Source: Prosthecomicrobium sp.
GTDB lineage: Bacteria; Pseudomonadota; Alphaproteobacteria; Rhizobiales; Ancalomicrobiaceae
DNA length: 64,000 bases
NCBI GenBank assembly: GCA_048497495.1
Contig: JAFHCF010000159.1
Coordinates: 20,173-84,172, forward strand
Direction: 5' to 3'
In this document: positions 8,845-20,045 of the stretch, one piece after another
How positions within the stretch are numbered: the stretch's first letter is position 1
Layout: every line of letters starts with the position of its first letter
Translations under genes and position numbers: made by a program
The notes under the pieces: generated by a model
Told to the model about the DNA's origin: nothing
The model's input: the letters and a program-made list of their open reading frames with translations, nothing else
Databases searched by the model: none

Positions 8845-10038
8845 TCAGCCACGCCCCCGCGAGCCGCCCGGCGTCTTCTGGCCGGCGGCCCGCACCGCGC
8901 GGATCCGGTCGGCGAGGCTCGGGCGCGGCCCCTCGCCGCTCTCCGGCGCGGCCAGCAGCCGGCCGAGGGGCGACCCGGCGCCTTCGACCGCGCCGGTCAG
9001 GCGAACCATCTCGGCGGCGAGATCGGCGATCTGTTCGCGCAGCTCGGCCCTCGTCGTCGCCCCGTCGCTCTCGCCCCCCGAGCGCCGCCGTTCGGCGAGG
9101 GTCGCGGCGAGGCGGTCGCGCTCCGCCTCGCTCGTCTCCAGGCGGCTCTCGAGTTCGCGCAGCTGCTGCTCCAGCAACTCGACGCTACGCTCGACATTGT
9201 CGCCGAGCCGCGGCGCCCCGTCGGTGCCGTCGACCTTGCGGGTCAGGCTCGAGATACGGGCATTGGCCGAGGTCAACGCCTGGCGCGACCGTTCCAGCTC
9301 GCGATGGCGGCGATCGGCGATCTCCTCGCGATCGGCGACGTCGGCGACCAGACGCTCGATCCGCCGGTCGAGGCGATCGGCGCGATCCTTCTGCTGCGCC
9401 ACCACCGTCTCGGCGAGGCCCAGCGTCTTGCGCAATTCCTCGATACGCAGCTTCTTCTCGGCGATCTCGGCCTTCAGCGCCTCGATCTGGATCGCGCCGG
9501 CATCGATCTCGGTCTTGCGCGTGGCGATCTCGACGTCGCGTGTCTCGACCGCCTGCTCGAGCGTGGCGATGGTGGCCTCGTGATCGGCGATGGTCTCGAG
9601 GTGGTGGGCGATTTCGGCGCGCGCGGCGGCGAGTTCGGCGGCGCGCGTCGCCAGTTCGCGGTCGCGCCCGGCGATCTCCTCGGCGAGACCGGCCTCGCGC
9701 GCCAACCCTTCCGCGACCCGCGCCGTCTCGGCGTCGCGGGCGACCCGCATCTCGTCGAGTGCGATGGTCTGGCGGCCGACGGCGACCCGCTCCTCGACGT
9801 TGCGCCGGCGCAGATCGGAGAGCGACAATTCATAACGGCGGACGTCGCGGGCGAAACGCGCCGCCTGGAGATCCTTGTCGGCGAGCGCCGCGTGGGCGTC
9901 GGCCGGAACGCTGCCGGCGACCCGCCGGGTGGTCAGCCGCACCGCCCGTCGCCACAGCGACACCATCACGACGAGCGCCAGGATGGCCGCCGCCAGAAAG
10001 CCGAGCGCGAACCACATCGCCCACTCGATCACCATCGG
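8845..10038 (-). CDS. Membrane-anchored coiled-coil protein, function unknown
   Basis: N-terminal hydrophobic helix (MVIEWAMWFALGFLAAAILALVVMVSLW) followed by ~350 aa of A/E/R/L-rich heptad-like sequence. Start chosen at the Met before the TM helix. The opposite-strand ORFs are Arg/Pro-rich artefacts. Confidence 0.55.
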   Translation of the reverse strand, partial: PMVIEWAMWFALGFLAAAILALVVMVSLWRRAVRLTTRRVAGSVPADAHAALADKDLQAARFARDVRRYELSLSDLRRRNVEERVAVGRQTIALDEMRVARDAETARVAEGLAREAGLAEEIAGRDRELATRAAELAAARAEIAHHLETIADHEATIATLEQAVETRDVEIATRKTEIDAGAIQIEALKAEIAEKKLRIEELRKTLGLAETVVAQQKDRADRLDRRIERLVADVADREEIADRRHRELERSRQALTSANARISSLTRKVDGTDGAPRLGDNVERSVELLEQQLRELESRLETSEAERDRLAATLAERRRSGGESDGATTRAELREQIADLAAEMVRLTGAVEGAGSPLGRLLAAPESGEGPRPSLADRIRAVRAAGQKTPGGSRGRG

Positions 10039-10159
10039 CCCCCTCGCCCCGCTCGCTCCCAACCCTCGCCGCCGGTTTCGATACCACCTTCCGCGCGCTC
10101 GCGCGACCTCCGCCACGCGGGCGTCGGAAGTCGCGCGTTCAAACTCGAAATCGTCTCGA

Positions 10160-10747
10160 TCAGAAGGGATTCCAGGTCGCGGTCGGCGTGAACTTGAGAT
10201 AGCCGAGATTGACGCCGAGGCGCACGCCGAGGCCGGAGCGCACCGGCACCACGTAGATGCGGTCGGCGACCAGCGCCGTCATGCCGAAGCCGCCGATGAA
10301 ATAGGCCGACCCGTCGACGCCGCCGAAGCGCTGATAGAGCGCGTCGACCGCCGGCAGGTTGTAGACCAGCATCATCGTGCGGGCGCCCTCGCCGCCGAAG
10401 TCCCAGCCGATCGACGGCCCCTGCCAATAGACCTTGGTGCTGCCGCGATCGCGGGTGTTGAGGTGGCCCTCGCCATAGCGCAGGCCGCCGATGATCGCCC
10501 CCGAGCCCTCCTCGCCGAGGATGTAGCCGTTGGGCTGGCCGTAGCGCGACACCGCCTGCTCGATCACCGTGGCGAGCCCGCCGGAGACCGTGCCGAAGAA
10601 ATTGTGGCCGGTTCTGACCAGTTCCGGGGTGGAATAGGTTCCGCCGCGATCCTGGGCGGAGGCCGGCGGCACGGCGACGAAGGCCGCCACCAGAGCGGTG
10701 AGCGCGGCGACGGCGAGCCCGAATTTCATGACGACGATCTTGCGCAT
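10160..10747 (-). CDS. DUF1134 family periplasmic protein (EipA-like)
   Basis: Signal peptide MRKIVVMKFGLAVAALTALVAAFVAVPPASA, then GHNFFG..GLA..IE....YGQPNGYILGEEGSGAIIGGLRYGEGHL...VYWQGPSIGWDFGG...GYLKFT..ATWNPF, the DUF1134 pattern. Confidence 0.75.
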   Translation of the reverse strand: MRKIVVMKFGLAVAALTALVAAFVAVPPASAQDRGGTYSTPELVRTGHNFFGTVSGGLATVIEQAVSRYGQPNGYILGEEGSGAIIGGLRYGEGHLNTRDRGSTKVYWQGPSIGWDFGGEGARTMMLVYNLPAVDALYQRFGGVDGSAYFIGGFGMTALVADRIYVVPVRSGLGVRLGVNLGYLKFTPTATWNPF

Positions 10748-10928
10748 CTGGTCTCTTCCCAGCTCTTGTCGTCGGACGCATGGGCGCCCGCGATTCGGTT
10801 CGTTCCCCACGCGGGACGTCTCGCCTCGGCCAGGTGGCCGAGACGTGTCTCGCCGGGTTCCCTGCTCCGGGGCGAAGGCCTCGAGGGCGACGGAGGCGGC
10901 GACGGCGACGCGACGGATCGAATCGTAC

Positions 10929-11594
10929 ATGGATCAGTTTAGCGGAAATCGGGCGAAGACGCGGCGGAAGCGGGATCGCCTCCCCCACCGTCCGACGTCG
11001 CGGCGCGTCGGACGCCTCCTGGCCGCCCTGGCGCTCGCCGGGCTCCTCGCCCCCCATCCCGGCCTCGCCTCCGGCGGCCGCGAGCCGCCGCCGCCCGCCG
11101 CCGCGCCGACACCCCCTCCTTCGCCGCCGCCGCCGCCGCGCAAACCGCCGCCCGACGTCCGCCCGCCGATCGCCGGGCCGATCGCCGGCTCGGCGCCGAA
11201 GCCGCGTATCCACTATCTCGCCGACCCGATGAGCGGGATGGCGCTCGGCGGATTCGATCCGATTCTCTATTTCCTGGAGAACCGCCCCGGCCTCGGCGAC
11301 GACCGCTGGCAGCTCGACTGGAGCGGGACCACCTGGCTCTTCCGCAACGAAGGCAATCTCGCCGCCTTTCGCGACACGCCGGAGGTCTACGCCCCACTGT
11401 TCGGCGGCCATTGCGCCTTCGCCATCGCCCAGGGCCGCCCGGCCGAAGGCTCGCCGCTCCATCATCTGATCTGGCGCGACCATCTGCTGCTCTTCGCCGA
11501 CGCCACCACCCGCGTCGCCTTCCTGTCCGATCCGGATCGCCTCTTCGAGGAGGCACTGCGCCGCTGGCCCGGCATCCTCGCGAAACTGCCCTGA
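10929..11594 (+). CDS. YHS-domain-like secreted protein with a proline-rich linker
   Basis: The C-terminal half, DPMSGMALGGFDPILYF...WLFRNEGNLAAFRDTPEVYAPLFGGHCAFAIAQG, matches the YHS-type pattern (GYDPV.YF...F.s..n...F...PekYaPqyGGyCA). It is preceded by PPPPAAAPTPPPSPPPPPRKPPP. The start (ATG 10929) is uncertain. Confidence 0.55.
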   Translation: MDQFSGNRAKTRRKRDRLPHRPTSRRVGRLLAALALAGLLAPHPGLASGGREPPPPAAAPTPPPSPPPPPRKPPPDVRPPIAGPIAGSAPKPRIHYLADPMSGMALGGFDPILYFLENRPGLGDDRWQLDWSGTTWLFRNEGNLAAFRDTPEVYAPLFGGHCAFAIAQGRPAEGSPLHHLIWRDHLLLFADATTRVAFLSDPDRLFEEALRRWPGILAKLP

Positions 11595-11911
11595 TCGCGC
11601 CGCCCCTCGCGGCGGATGCGGCGCGGCGATTTCCCGGACGTTTCTCCGACCGAACGGAATCTCCACCGAAACCCGACGTGACCCGTTGCGCTGGTTCACG
11701 CATTGAGATTTGATCGCTCGCTCAGGAAGCGGTCGTTCGGTCCCCGACGGCGGCACATCCCGGATCGGTCTTCCCGTCATCGGGGCTCGTCCGGAAGTGT
11801 CGATGCGAGGAAGGCACGATGGGCGGAAGGATATTCCCCCCGCCGACCGTCGATCCGGGACGACGTATCGAAGCGGCTCACCTACACCAGATACGAGAAG
11901 GAGCATTCTCG

Positions 11912-13510
11912 ATGAAACGGACCTTCACCACCGGCGCGGCCACGTTCCTGGCCATGTTCGCCCTCGGTGCCTCGGCGCTCGAGGCCAAGACGCTGGTCTA
12001 CTGTTCGGAAGGCAGCCCCGAGAACTTCACGCCGGCGCTCAACACTACCGGCACCACCTTCGACGCCGCGCGCCCCGTGTTCAATCAGCTCGTCGCGTTC
12101 GAGCGCGGCACCACCACCGTGGTCGCCGGCCTGGCCGAGAAGTGGGAAATCGCCGACGGTGGCAAGACCATCACCTTCCACCTGCGCAAGGGTGTGAAGT
12201 GGCATTCCGGCATCAACAACTTCAAGCCGACCCGCGACTTCAACGCCGACGACGTGCTGTTCTCGTTCAATCGCCAGTGGAAGGACGATCACCCCTACCA
12301 CAAGATCTCCGGCGGCAAGTACGACTACTTCGCCGACATGGACATGCCGAAGATGCTCGAGTCGATCGAGAAGAAGGACGCCTACACGGTCGTCATGAAG
12401 CTCAAGGAGCCGAATGCGCCGATCATGGCCAACCTCGCCATGGACTTCGGCACCATCCAGTCGGCCGAATACGCCGACTTCCTGCTCAAGGCCGGCAAGC
12501 CCGAGCAGTTCGACCAGATCCCGGTCGGCACCGGCCCGTTCCAGTTCGTCGCCTATCAGAAGGACGCGGTCATCCGCTACAAGGCCTTCCCCGGCTACTG
12601 GGGTGAGAAGGCCAAGATCGACGACCTCGTCTTCGCCATCACCGCCGATCCGACCGCCCGCCTCGCCAAGCTCAAGAAGGGCGAGTGCCACGTCATGATC
12701 GCCCCGCGTCCGGCCGACCTCGCCGAGATCAAGGCCGACGCCAACCTCAACCTGATGAGCGCCCCGGGCCTCAACATCGCCTACTGGGCCTTCAACGTCA
12801 CCAAGCCGCCGATGGACAAGAAGGAGATCCGCCAGGCCTTCGCCATGGCCATCGACAAGGTGGCGATCCTCAAGGACGTCTATCAGGGCGCCGGCCAGTC
12901 GGCCAAGAACCTGATCCCGCCGACCATCTGGTCCTACAACGACAAGGTCCAGGACTACGTCTACGATGCGGCCAAGGCCAAGGAACTGATCGCCAAGTCG
13001 GGCATCGCCACCCCGATCAAGGTCGATCTGTGGTGGATGCCGGTGCAGCGCCCCTACAACCCCAACGCCAAGCGCATCGCCGAGATGATGCAGGCCGACC
13101 TCGCCAAGATCGGCGTCGAGGCCGAACTCAAGTCCTACGAGTGGGGCGAGTATCGCAAGCGTATGCAGGCGGGTGAGCACATCACCGGTCAGCTCGGGTG
13201 GACCGGCGACAACGGCGATCCGGACAACTTCTTCTTCCTGATCGGCTGCAACGACGGCAAGCCGGCGGGGCAGAACCTGTCGAAGTGGTGCGACAAGGAC
13301 TTCAACGACAAGCTCGCCAAGGCCCGCACGCTCTCCGACGTCAAGGAGCGCACCAAGCTCTACGAGGAGATGCAGGTCATCGCCCGCGAGGAGGTGCCGC
13401 AGTTCACCATCGCCCATTCGGTGGTGTTCGAGCCGACCCGCAAGGAAGTCACCGGCTGGAAGATCTCGCCCTTCGGCCGCCACGAGTTCACCGGCGTCGG
13501 CCTGAAGTGA
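11912..13510 (+). CDS. dppA: Dipeptide ABC transporter substrate-binding protein DppA
   Basis: Signal peptide, then KTLVYCSEGSPENFTPALNTTGTTFDAARPVFNQLVAFERGTTTVVAGLAEKWEIADGGKTITFHLRKGVKWH, nearly collinear with E. coli DppA. The GAAGGAG RBS lies before the ATG at 11912. Confidence 0.9.
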   Translation: MKRTFTTGAATFLAMFALGASALEAKTLVYCSEGSPENFTPALNTTGTTFDAARPVFNQLVAFERGTTTVVAGLAEKWEIADGGKTITFHLRKGVKWHSGINNFKPTRDFNADDVLFSFNRQWKDDHPYHKISGGKYDYFADMDMPKMLESIEKKDAYTVVMKLKEPNAPIMANLAMDFGTIQSAEYADFLLKAGKPEQFDQIPVGTGPFQFVAYQKDAVIRYKAFPGYWGEKAKIDDLVFAITADPTARLAKLKKGECHVMIAPRPADLAEIKADANLNLMSAPGLNIAYWAFNVTKPPMDKKEIRQAFAMAIDKVAILKDVYQGAGQSAKNLIPPTIWSYNDKVQDYVYDAAKAKELIAKSGIATPIKVDLWWMPVQRPYNPNAKRIAEMMQADLAKIGVEAELKSYEWGEYRKRMQAGEHITGQLGWTGDNGDPDNFFFLIGCNDGKPAGQNLSKWCDKDFNDKLAKARTLSDVKERTKLYEEMQVIAREEVPQFTIAHSVVFEPTRKEVTGWKISPFGRHEFTGVGLK

Positions 13511-13581
13511 TATCCTGACAATCCGAACACGATTGAGCCGGCGGAGCATGATGCCCCGCCGGCACTCCTTTGGGGGCACGG

Positions 13582-14595
13582 ATGTTCCGCTTTTTCCTGA
13601 GACGCGCCGCGCTGACGTTGCCGACCTTCGTCGCGTTGATGTTCGTCACCTTCGCCGCCATCCGCCTGGTTCCGGGCGATCCCGTCGAGGTGCGGACCGG
13701 CGAACGCGGCATCTCGCCCGAGCGCCTCGCCCAGTTCCGCCATGAACTCGGCCTCGACCAATCGGTGTGGAAGCAGTTCGCCGACTATGTCTGGGCCCTG
13801 CTCCACGGCGACTTCGGCACCTCGATGGTCACCAACGAGAAGGTGCTGACCGAGTTCGCGACGCTGTTCCCCGCCACCATCGAACTGTCGCTGGCGGCGA
13901 TGATCCTGGCGGTGATGATCGGCGTGCCGGCCGGCACCATCGCCGCGGTCAAGCGTGGCTCGGCCTTCGACCACACCGTGATGGGCGCCTCGGTGATAGG
14001 CTTCTCGATGCCGATCTTCTGGTGGGGCCTGCTCCTGATCATGCTGGTGTCCGAGCGCTGGGGCCTGACCCCGGTCTCCGGCCGCCTCGACCTGATCAAG
14101 TACTATTTCGAGCCGACCACCGGCTTCCTGCTGATCGACAGCCTGATGTCGGATCAGGAAGGCGCCTTCCTCTCGGCGCTGCATCACCTGGTGCTGCCGT
14201 CGATCGTGTTGGCGACCATCCCGCTCGCCGTCATCGCCCGCATCACCCGCTCCTCGATGCTCGAGGTGCTGAACGAGGACTACGTCCGCACCGCGCGCGC
14301 CAAGGGCCTGTCGCCGATGCGGGTGATCGGTCTGCACGCCCTGCGCAACGCCCTGATCCCGGTGATCACCTCGATCGGCCTGCAGATCGGCACCCTGCTC
14401 GCCGGCGCCGTCCTCACCGAGACGATCTTCTCCTGGCCCGGCATCGGCAAATGGCTGATCGAGGCCATCGGGCGGCGCGACTATCCGGCGCTGCAGGGCG
14501 GGATCATGCTGATCTCGTCGATCGTCATCATCGTCAACCTCGGCGTCGACGTGCTCTACGGCGCCATCAACCCGAGGCTGCGTCATGGTCGCTGA
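13582..14595 (+). CDS. dppB: Dipeptide ABC transporter permease DppB
   Basis: MFRFFLRRAALTLPTFVALMFVTFAAIRLVPGDPVE... shows the BPD permease pattern and follows dppA. Confidence 0.9.
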   Translation: MFRFFLRRAALTLPTFVALMFVTFAAIRLVPGDPVEVRTGERGISPERLAQFRHELGLDQSVWKQFADYVWALLHGDFGTSMVTNEKVLTEFATLFPATIELSLAAMILAVMIGVPAGTIAAVKRGSAFDHTVMGASVIGFSMPIFWWGLLLIMLVSERWGLTPVSGRLDLIKYYFEPTTGFLLIDSLMSDQEGAFLSALHHLVLPSIVLATIPLAVIARITRSSMLEVLNEDYVRTARAKGLSPMRVIGLHALRNALIPVITSIGLQIGTLLAGAVLTETIFSWPGIGKWLIEAIGRRDYPALQGGIMLISSIVIIVNLGVDVLYGAINPRLRHGR

Positions 14596-15490
14596 GGTCT
14601 CTCCCGTGGTTCCCGCCGGCGCCGGTCCGCGCGGCCGCTTCGCCGAGTTCTGGGATTCCTTCTCCGAGAACCGCGGCGCCGTCGCCGGCCTGGTGCTGCT
14701 CACCATCATCGCGTCGATGGCGATCTTCGCCGACTTCGTCGCGCCCTATTCGCCGATCGAGCAGTTCCGCGCATTCTCCAAGGCCCCCCCGGTGTGGGAG
14801 GACGGCGGCCACTGGCAGTTCATCCTGGGCACCGACGCGCTGGGCCGCGACATGCTCTCCCGGCTGATCCACGGCGCCCGGGTGTCGCTGTTCATCGGCC
14901 TGACCGTGATGGTGGTGTCGGTGTCGATCGGCATCGTCCTCGGCCTGGTCGCCGCCTTCGCCGGCGGCCTCGTCGACACCCTGATCATGCGCGTCATGGA
15001 TCTGATCATCGCCGTGCCGAGCCTGGTGCTGGCCATCCTGATCGTCGCCATCCTCGGCCCCAGCCTGACCAACACCATCGTCGCGGTGACGATCGTCTAC
15101 CTGCCGCGTTATGTCCGTCTGGTGCGCGCCTCGGCGCTCTCCGAGATCGGCAAGGACTACGTGGTGGCGTCGCGCACCATCGGCGTCGGCAAGCTGCGGC
15201 TGATGTTCATCACCGTGCTGCCGAACTGCCTCGCCCCCCTGATCGTCCAGGCCGCCCTCGGCGTCTCCGACGCCATCCTGGAGGCGGCGGCGCTCGGCTT
15301 CCTCGGTCTCGGCGCCCAGCCGCCGATCCCCGAATGGGGCTCGATGCTGGCCGACAGTCGCGAATTCATCCGCTCCAACCCGTGGATCGTCACCCTGCCC
15401 GGCCTCGCCATCCTCTTCACCGTGGTCTCCATCAACCTGATGGGCGACGGTCTGCGCGACGCCTTCGATCCCAAACTGAAGCGGAGCTGA
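14585..15490 (+). CDS. dppC: Dipeptide ABC transporter permease DppC
   Basis: Overlaps dppB by 11 nt. Typical DppC/OppC N-terminus and the EAA-loop region (SRTIGVGKLRLMFITVLPN). Confidence 0.9.
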   Translation: MVAEVSPVVPAGAGPRGRFAEFWDSFSENRGAVAGLVLLTIIASMAIFADFVAPYSPIEQFRAFSKAPPVWEDGGHWQFILGTDALGRDMLSRLIHGARVSLFIGLTVMVVSVSIGIVLGLVAAFAGGLVDTLIMRVMDLIIAVPSLVLAILIVAILGPSLTNTIVAVTIVYLPRYVRLVRASALSEIGKDYVVASRTIGVGKLRLMFITVLPNCLAPLIVQAALGVSDAILEAAALGFLGLGAQPPIPEWGSMLADSREFIRSNPWIVTLPGLAILFTVVSINLMGDGLRDAFDPKLKRS

Positions 15491-15497
15491 GGCGTCC

Positions 15498-16495
15498 ATG
15501 CCCCTTCTCGAAATCGAGAACCTCTCGGTCGACTTCGAAACCCGCTCCGGGTTGTTCCGCGCCGTCGACCGCTTCTCCCTCGCCGTCGATCCGCGCGAGA
15601 TCGTCTCGATCGTCGGCGAGTCCGGCTCCGGCAAGTCGGTGGCGATGCTGGCCGTCATGGGCCTCCTGCCCAAGACCGCGCGCGTCACCGCCGATCGCCT
15701 GGAGTTCTGCGGCGAGAACCTGCTCGGCCTGAGCCCGCGCGCGCGGCGCAAGCTGGTCGGCAAGGACATCGCGATGATCTTCCAGGAGCCGATGTCGTCG
15801 CTGAATCCGTGCTTCACCGTCGGCTTCCAGATCGGCGAATCGCTCCAGACCCATCTCGGCCTCGGCCGCGCCGCCCGCCGCGCCCGCTCGATCGAACTGT
15901 TGGAACAGGTCGGCATACCCTCGCCGGAGAGCCGGCTGGCGGCCTTCCCCCACCAGCTCTCGGGCGGCATGAGCCAGCGCGTGATGATCGCCATCGCCAT
16001 CGCCTGTTCGCCGAAGCTGCTGATCGCCGACGAGCCGACCACCGCCCTCGACGTCACCATCCAGGCCCAGATCCTCGATCTCCTGGTGCGGTTGCGCGAC
16101 GAGAAGGACATGGGGCTGGTGCTGATCACCCACGACATGGGCGTCGTCGCCGAGACCGCCGAGCGCGTCGTGGTGCAGTATGCCGGCCAGCAGGTCGAGC
16201 TCGCCGAGACGGTGGCGCTGTTCGACGACCCCCACCATCCCTACACCGCCGCCCTGCTCGCGGCGCTGCCCGAGCGGGCGGTGGAGAAGCGCCTGCCCTC
16301 GATCCCCGGCATGGTGCCCGGCCAATGGGACCGCCCCGCCGGTTGCCTGTTCTCGCCGCGCTGCGCCCACGCCTTCGATCTCTGCCACCGCGAGCAACCC
16401 GAGCCCCAGTCCGCGGACCTCGGGCGCGCCCTGTGTCATACCCCGCTCGTCGGAGGAAGACCTCGCACCGGCCTCGAGCACAGCGGAGCCCCGCG

Positions 16496-16499
<4 letters not shown>
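15498..16499 (+). CDS. dppD: Dipeptide ABC transporter ATP-binding protein DppD
   Basis: Walker A GESGSGKS, signature LSGGMSQR, Walker B LLIADEPTTALD, and the oligopeptide C-terminal domain. Confidence 0.9.
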
Positions 16500-17464
<965 letters not shown>

Positions 17465-17471
17465 TACCCGC

Positions 17472-17942
17472 TCACGGCTCGGGGCGCTTCACCCGCGGGC
17501 CGATGTTGGCGACGATCTGGCGCGCCTCCAACGCCTCGGCCCTGTCCTCGGCCGGGGCATCCTTGGGCAGGAGGCGGATCATCAGATCCTCGCCCGGCTC
17601 CTTGCGCGTGCGCCCGAGGAGGCCGAAGCCGCCCTGTTCGGTGCCGCCGCCGAGCGCCAGCGTGCCGTAGAGGCCGCGCGAGGCGCCCTGCTTGCCGACG
17701 ATGGCGAAATGGCTGCGTCCCGCCGCCAGCGTCGTCTCCGCCGCCTTGAGCAGCACGTAGTCCTGGATCGTCGCCGCCTCGGTGTGGAGATTGCCGCGCG
17801 CCGAGATCCGCCAGACGTCGTCGGTCACCGCCGCCGCGCCGACCCCGCCGGTCGCGCCCATCTCCTGGTAGCGGGTGGCGCATCCGGCGAGCGCCAGAAC
17901 CACCACGACCCATCCGATCCGTCCGATCCGTCCCCCGGCCAT
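17472..17942 (-). CDS. Lipoprotein (CC0125/CC1285-like family)
   Basis: Lipobox VLALAGC, then ATRYQEMG...ISARGNLHTEAATIQDYVLLKAAETTLAAGRSHFAIV. The start is uncertain (17942 or 17978). Confidence 0.6.
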   Translation of the reverse strand: MAGGRIGRIGWVVVVLALAGCATRYQEMGATGGVGAAAVTDDVWRISARGNLHTEAATIQDYVLLKAAETTLAAGRSHFAIVGKQGASRGLYGTLALGGGTEQGGFGLLGRTRKEPGEDLMIRLLPKDAPAEDRAEALEARQIVANIGPRVKRPEP

Positions 17943-18065
17943 CGCGCCATCCCACCCGTCGAGCGTGCATGATTGCATCTCAGGGTAGCATGACCTCCGT
18001 GGGAGTCGAGGGGGAGGCAGCGGCCCGAGGGCCGCCGCGACGCCCGCGCGACGGGCCGCGCGCCC

Positions 18066-19070
18066 TCAGCCGTAGCGCTCGATGTTCGCCCACTGGCCCG
18101 GAGCATAGCGCTCGCCGGCGGCGAAACCGGCCGGCAACACCCGCTCGAGTTCGCCGACCTGCGCGGCCGTCAGGGCGAGCGTGGCGGCGCCGGCGTCTTC
18201 CTCGAGATGGGCGGCGGTCCTGGTGCCGGGGATCGGCACGACGTGCGACCCCTTCGCCAGGGTCCAGGCGATGGCGAGCGCGCTCGGTGACAGGCCCCAC
18301 GAGGCGGCGAGCGCCAGATAGGCGGCGCGGTAGTCGAGATTGCGCTGCCAATTGCGACCCTGGAACCGCGGATTGGAGGCCCGGAAGTCGGAGGACGGCA
18401 GCGCCGAGGGGTCCTCCAGGAGCCCGCTGAAATAGCCGCGCCCGAGCGGCGAGAAGGCGACGAAGAGCGCCCCGAGGTCCTCACAGGCCGAGATCAACCC
18501 GAGTTCCGGCGCCCGCGTCCACAGCGAATATTCCGATTGGACGGCGGCGATCGGATGAACCGCGTGAGCCCGCCGCAAGGTGTCGGGCGAGACCTCCGAG
18601 AGCCCGATCGCCCCGATCCGCCCGGCCTCGACCTCGCGCGCCATCGCCCCGACCGTCTCCTCGATCGGCACCTCGGGGTCGAAGCGATGGACATAGTAGA
18701 GATCGACATGGTCGGTGCCGAGGCGCCGCAGCGACGCCTCGAGGGAGGCGCGCATGTGCTCGGGGCTGTTGTCGATCCGCCGCTTGCCCTCCGGCGTCTG
18801 GGTGATGGCGAACTTGGTGGCGAGCATCACCTGCTCGCGCGCGCCGGGATGGTCGGCGAGGAAACGACCGATCCGGGTCTCGCTGACGCCGTTGCCGTAG
18901 ATGTCGGCGGTGTCCCAGAAGGTGATGCCGAGATCGAGCGCCCGCGCCAGCGTCGCCGCGCTGTCGGCCGCGTCGGCCGGCCCGTACATGCCGCCGAAGC
19001 TCATGCATCCGAGCCCGATCGGCGAGGCGCCGCGCGCCCGCTGCGTGTGGAATCGTTCTGCGAGGGTCAT
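18066..19070 (-). CDS. Aldo/keto reductase
   Basis: IGLGCMSFGGMYGP...ALDLGITFWDTADIYGNGVSE...DLYYVHRFDPEVPIEE...GLSEVS...IPGTR are AKR motifs. Start set at MTLAERF (19070). Confidence 0.85.
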   Translation of the reverse strand: MTLAERFHTQRARGASPIGLGCMSFGGMYGPADAADSAATLARALDLGITFWDTADIYGNGVSETRIGRFLADHPGAREQVMLATKFAITQTPEGKRRIDNSPEHMRASLEASLRRLGTDHVDLYYVHRFDPEVPIEETVGAMAREVEAGRIGAIGLSEVSPDTLRRAHAVHPIAAVQSEYSLWTRAPELGLISACEDLGALFVAFSPLGRGYFSGLLEDPSALPSSDFRASNPRFQGRNWQRNLDYRAAYLALAASWGLSPSALAIAWTLAKGSHVVPIPGTRTAAHLEEDAGAATLALTAAQVGELERVLPAGFAAGERYAPGQWANIERYG

Positions 19071-19372
19071 GGGGTTTCCGGAGATCCGTGTCGTGGAACG
19101 TGGCGATCGAAGACCTTCGATGCCGGGGCGAAAGGCGGATCGACGGATCCTGCGGGAAGGATCGACCGTCGTCGCCGACCGATCATCGCTCACTCGCTCG
19201 GTTCGCGCCAGCACCGGCGGCCGGAGTGGCGAATTCCCTTGTGGCGAGACGCGGGAGCGACAGCGGCGGCGAGCACGGCGGCTGTTTGCTTCCTACGCGT
19301 TTCCGCCTAAGGTGCGGGCGAGTTCCACGGCAGCCGAGGTTCTTCCCAGTGCCCCACCCCGGTGAAGCAGCC

Positions 19373-20041
19373 ATGGAGAGAATCGCCCCCCGGTTCGGCG
19401 GCCGCCCCTATGTGGTGGCGCAACTCGGGCTGTCCCTCGACGGACGCATCGCCACCCGCAACGGCGATTCGCGCGGCATCGGCGGCTCTCCCTCGCTCGA
19501 CCATCTCCATGCCCTGCGCGCCCACGTCGATGCCGTCCTGGTCGGCATCGGCACCGTGCTGGCCGACGATCCGCAGCTCAACGTGCGCCGCTGCGCCGGC
19601 CGCAGTCCCGTCCGCGTGATGCTCGACGCCCGCGGCACGCTGCCGGCCACGGCGCGCTGCCTCGACGGCCGCGACGGCGCCCGCCGGATCGTCTTTCGCG
19701 GCGCCGAGCAGGGCGGCCCGGCGCTGCCCGACGGGGTGGAGATCGTCACGCTGCCGGCGCCGGACGGGCGCTTCGACATGAGCCGGGTCATGGAGACGCT
19801 CTCCGCCATGGGCTTCGGCACCGTGCTCATCGAAGGCGGACCGGCGATCGTGTCGCGGGCCATCGACACCGGATTGGTGGACCGGCTTCATCTGATGGTC
19901 TCGCCGATCATCCTCGGATCCGGGCGCAACGGCCTCGACCTCGCGCCGATCGAGCGGATCTGTGACGCCCGCCGCCCCCCGACCAACGTCATTCCGCTCG
20001 GCGACGGCGACGTGCTGTTCGATTGCGACCTGACGGTTTGA
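19373..20041 (+). CDS. RibD C-terminal domain / dihydrofolate-reductase-like reductase
   Basis: PYVVAQLGLSLDGRIATRNGDS..I.G..SLDHLHALRAHVDAVLVGIGTVLADDPQLNVR...LIEGGPAIVSRAIDTGLVDRLHLMVSPIILGSG. Confidence 0.75.
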   Translation: MERIAPRFGGRPYVVAQLGLSLDGRIATRNGDSRGIGGSPSLDHLHALRAHVDAVLVGIGTVLADDPQLNVRRCAGRSPVRVMLDARGTLPATARCLDGRDGARRIVFRGAEQGGPALPDGVEIVTLPAPDGRFDMSRVMETLSAMGFGTVLIEGGPAIVSRAIDTGLVDRLHLMVSPIILGSGRNGLDLAPIERICDARRPPTNVIPLGDGDVLFDCDLTV

Positions 20042-20045
20042 GAAG

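Noticed and set aside
8676-10202. 508-aa and 495-aa + strand ORFs
   Set aside because: Extreme Arg/Pro/Ser composition. They lie opposite a plausible TM plus coiled-coil gene.
10029-11906. 625-aa minus-strand ORF spanning the DUF1134 and YHS loci
   Set aside because: Arg/Gly-rich nonsense. It overlaps two better-supported genes on differing strands and frames.
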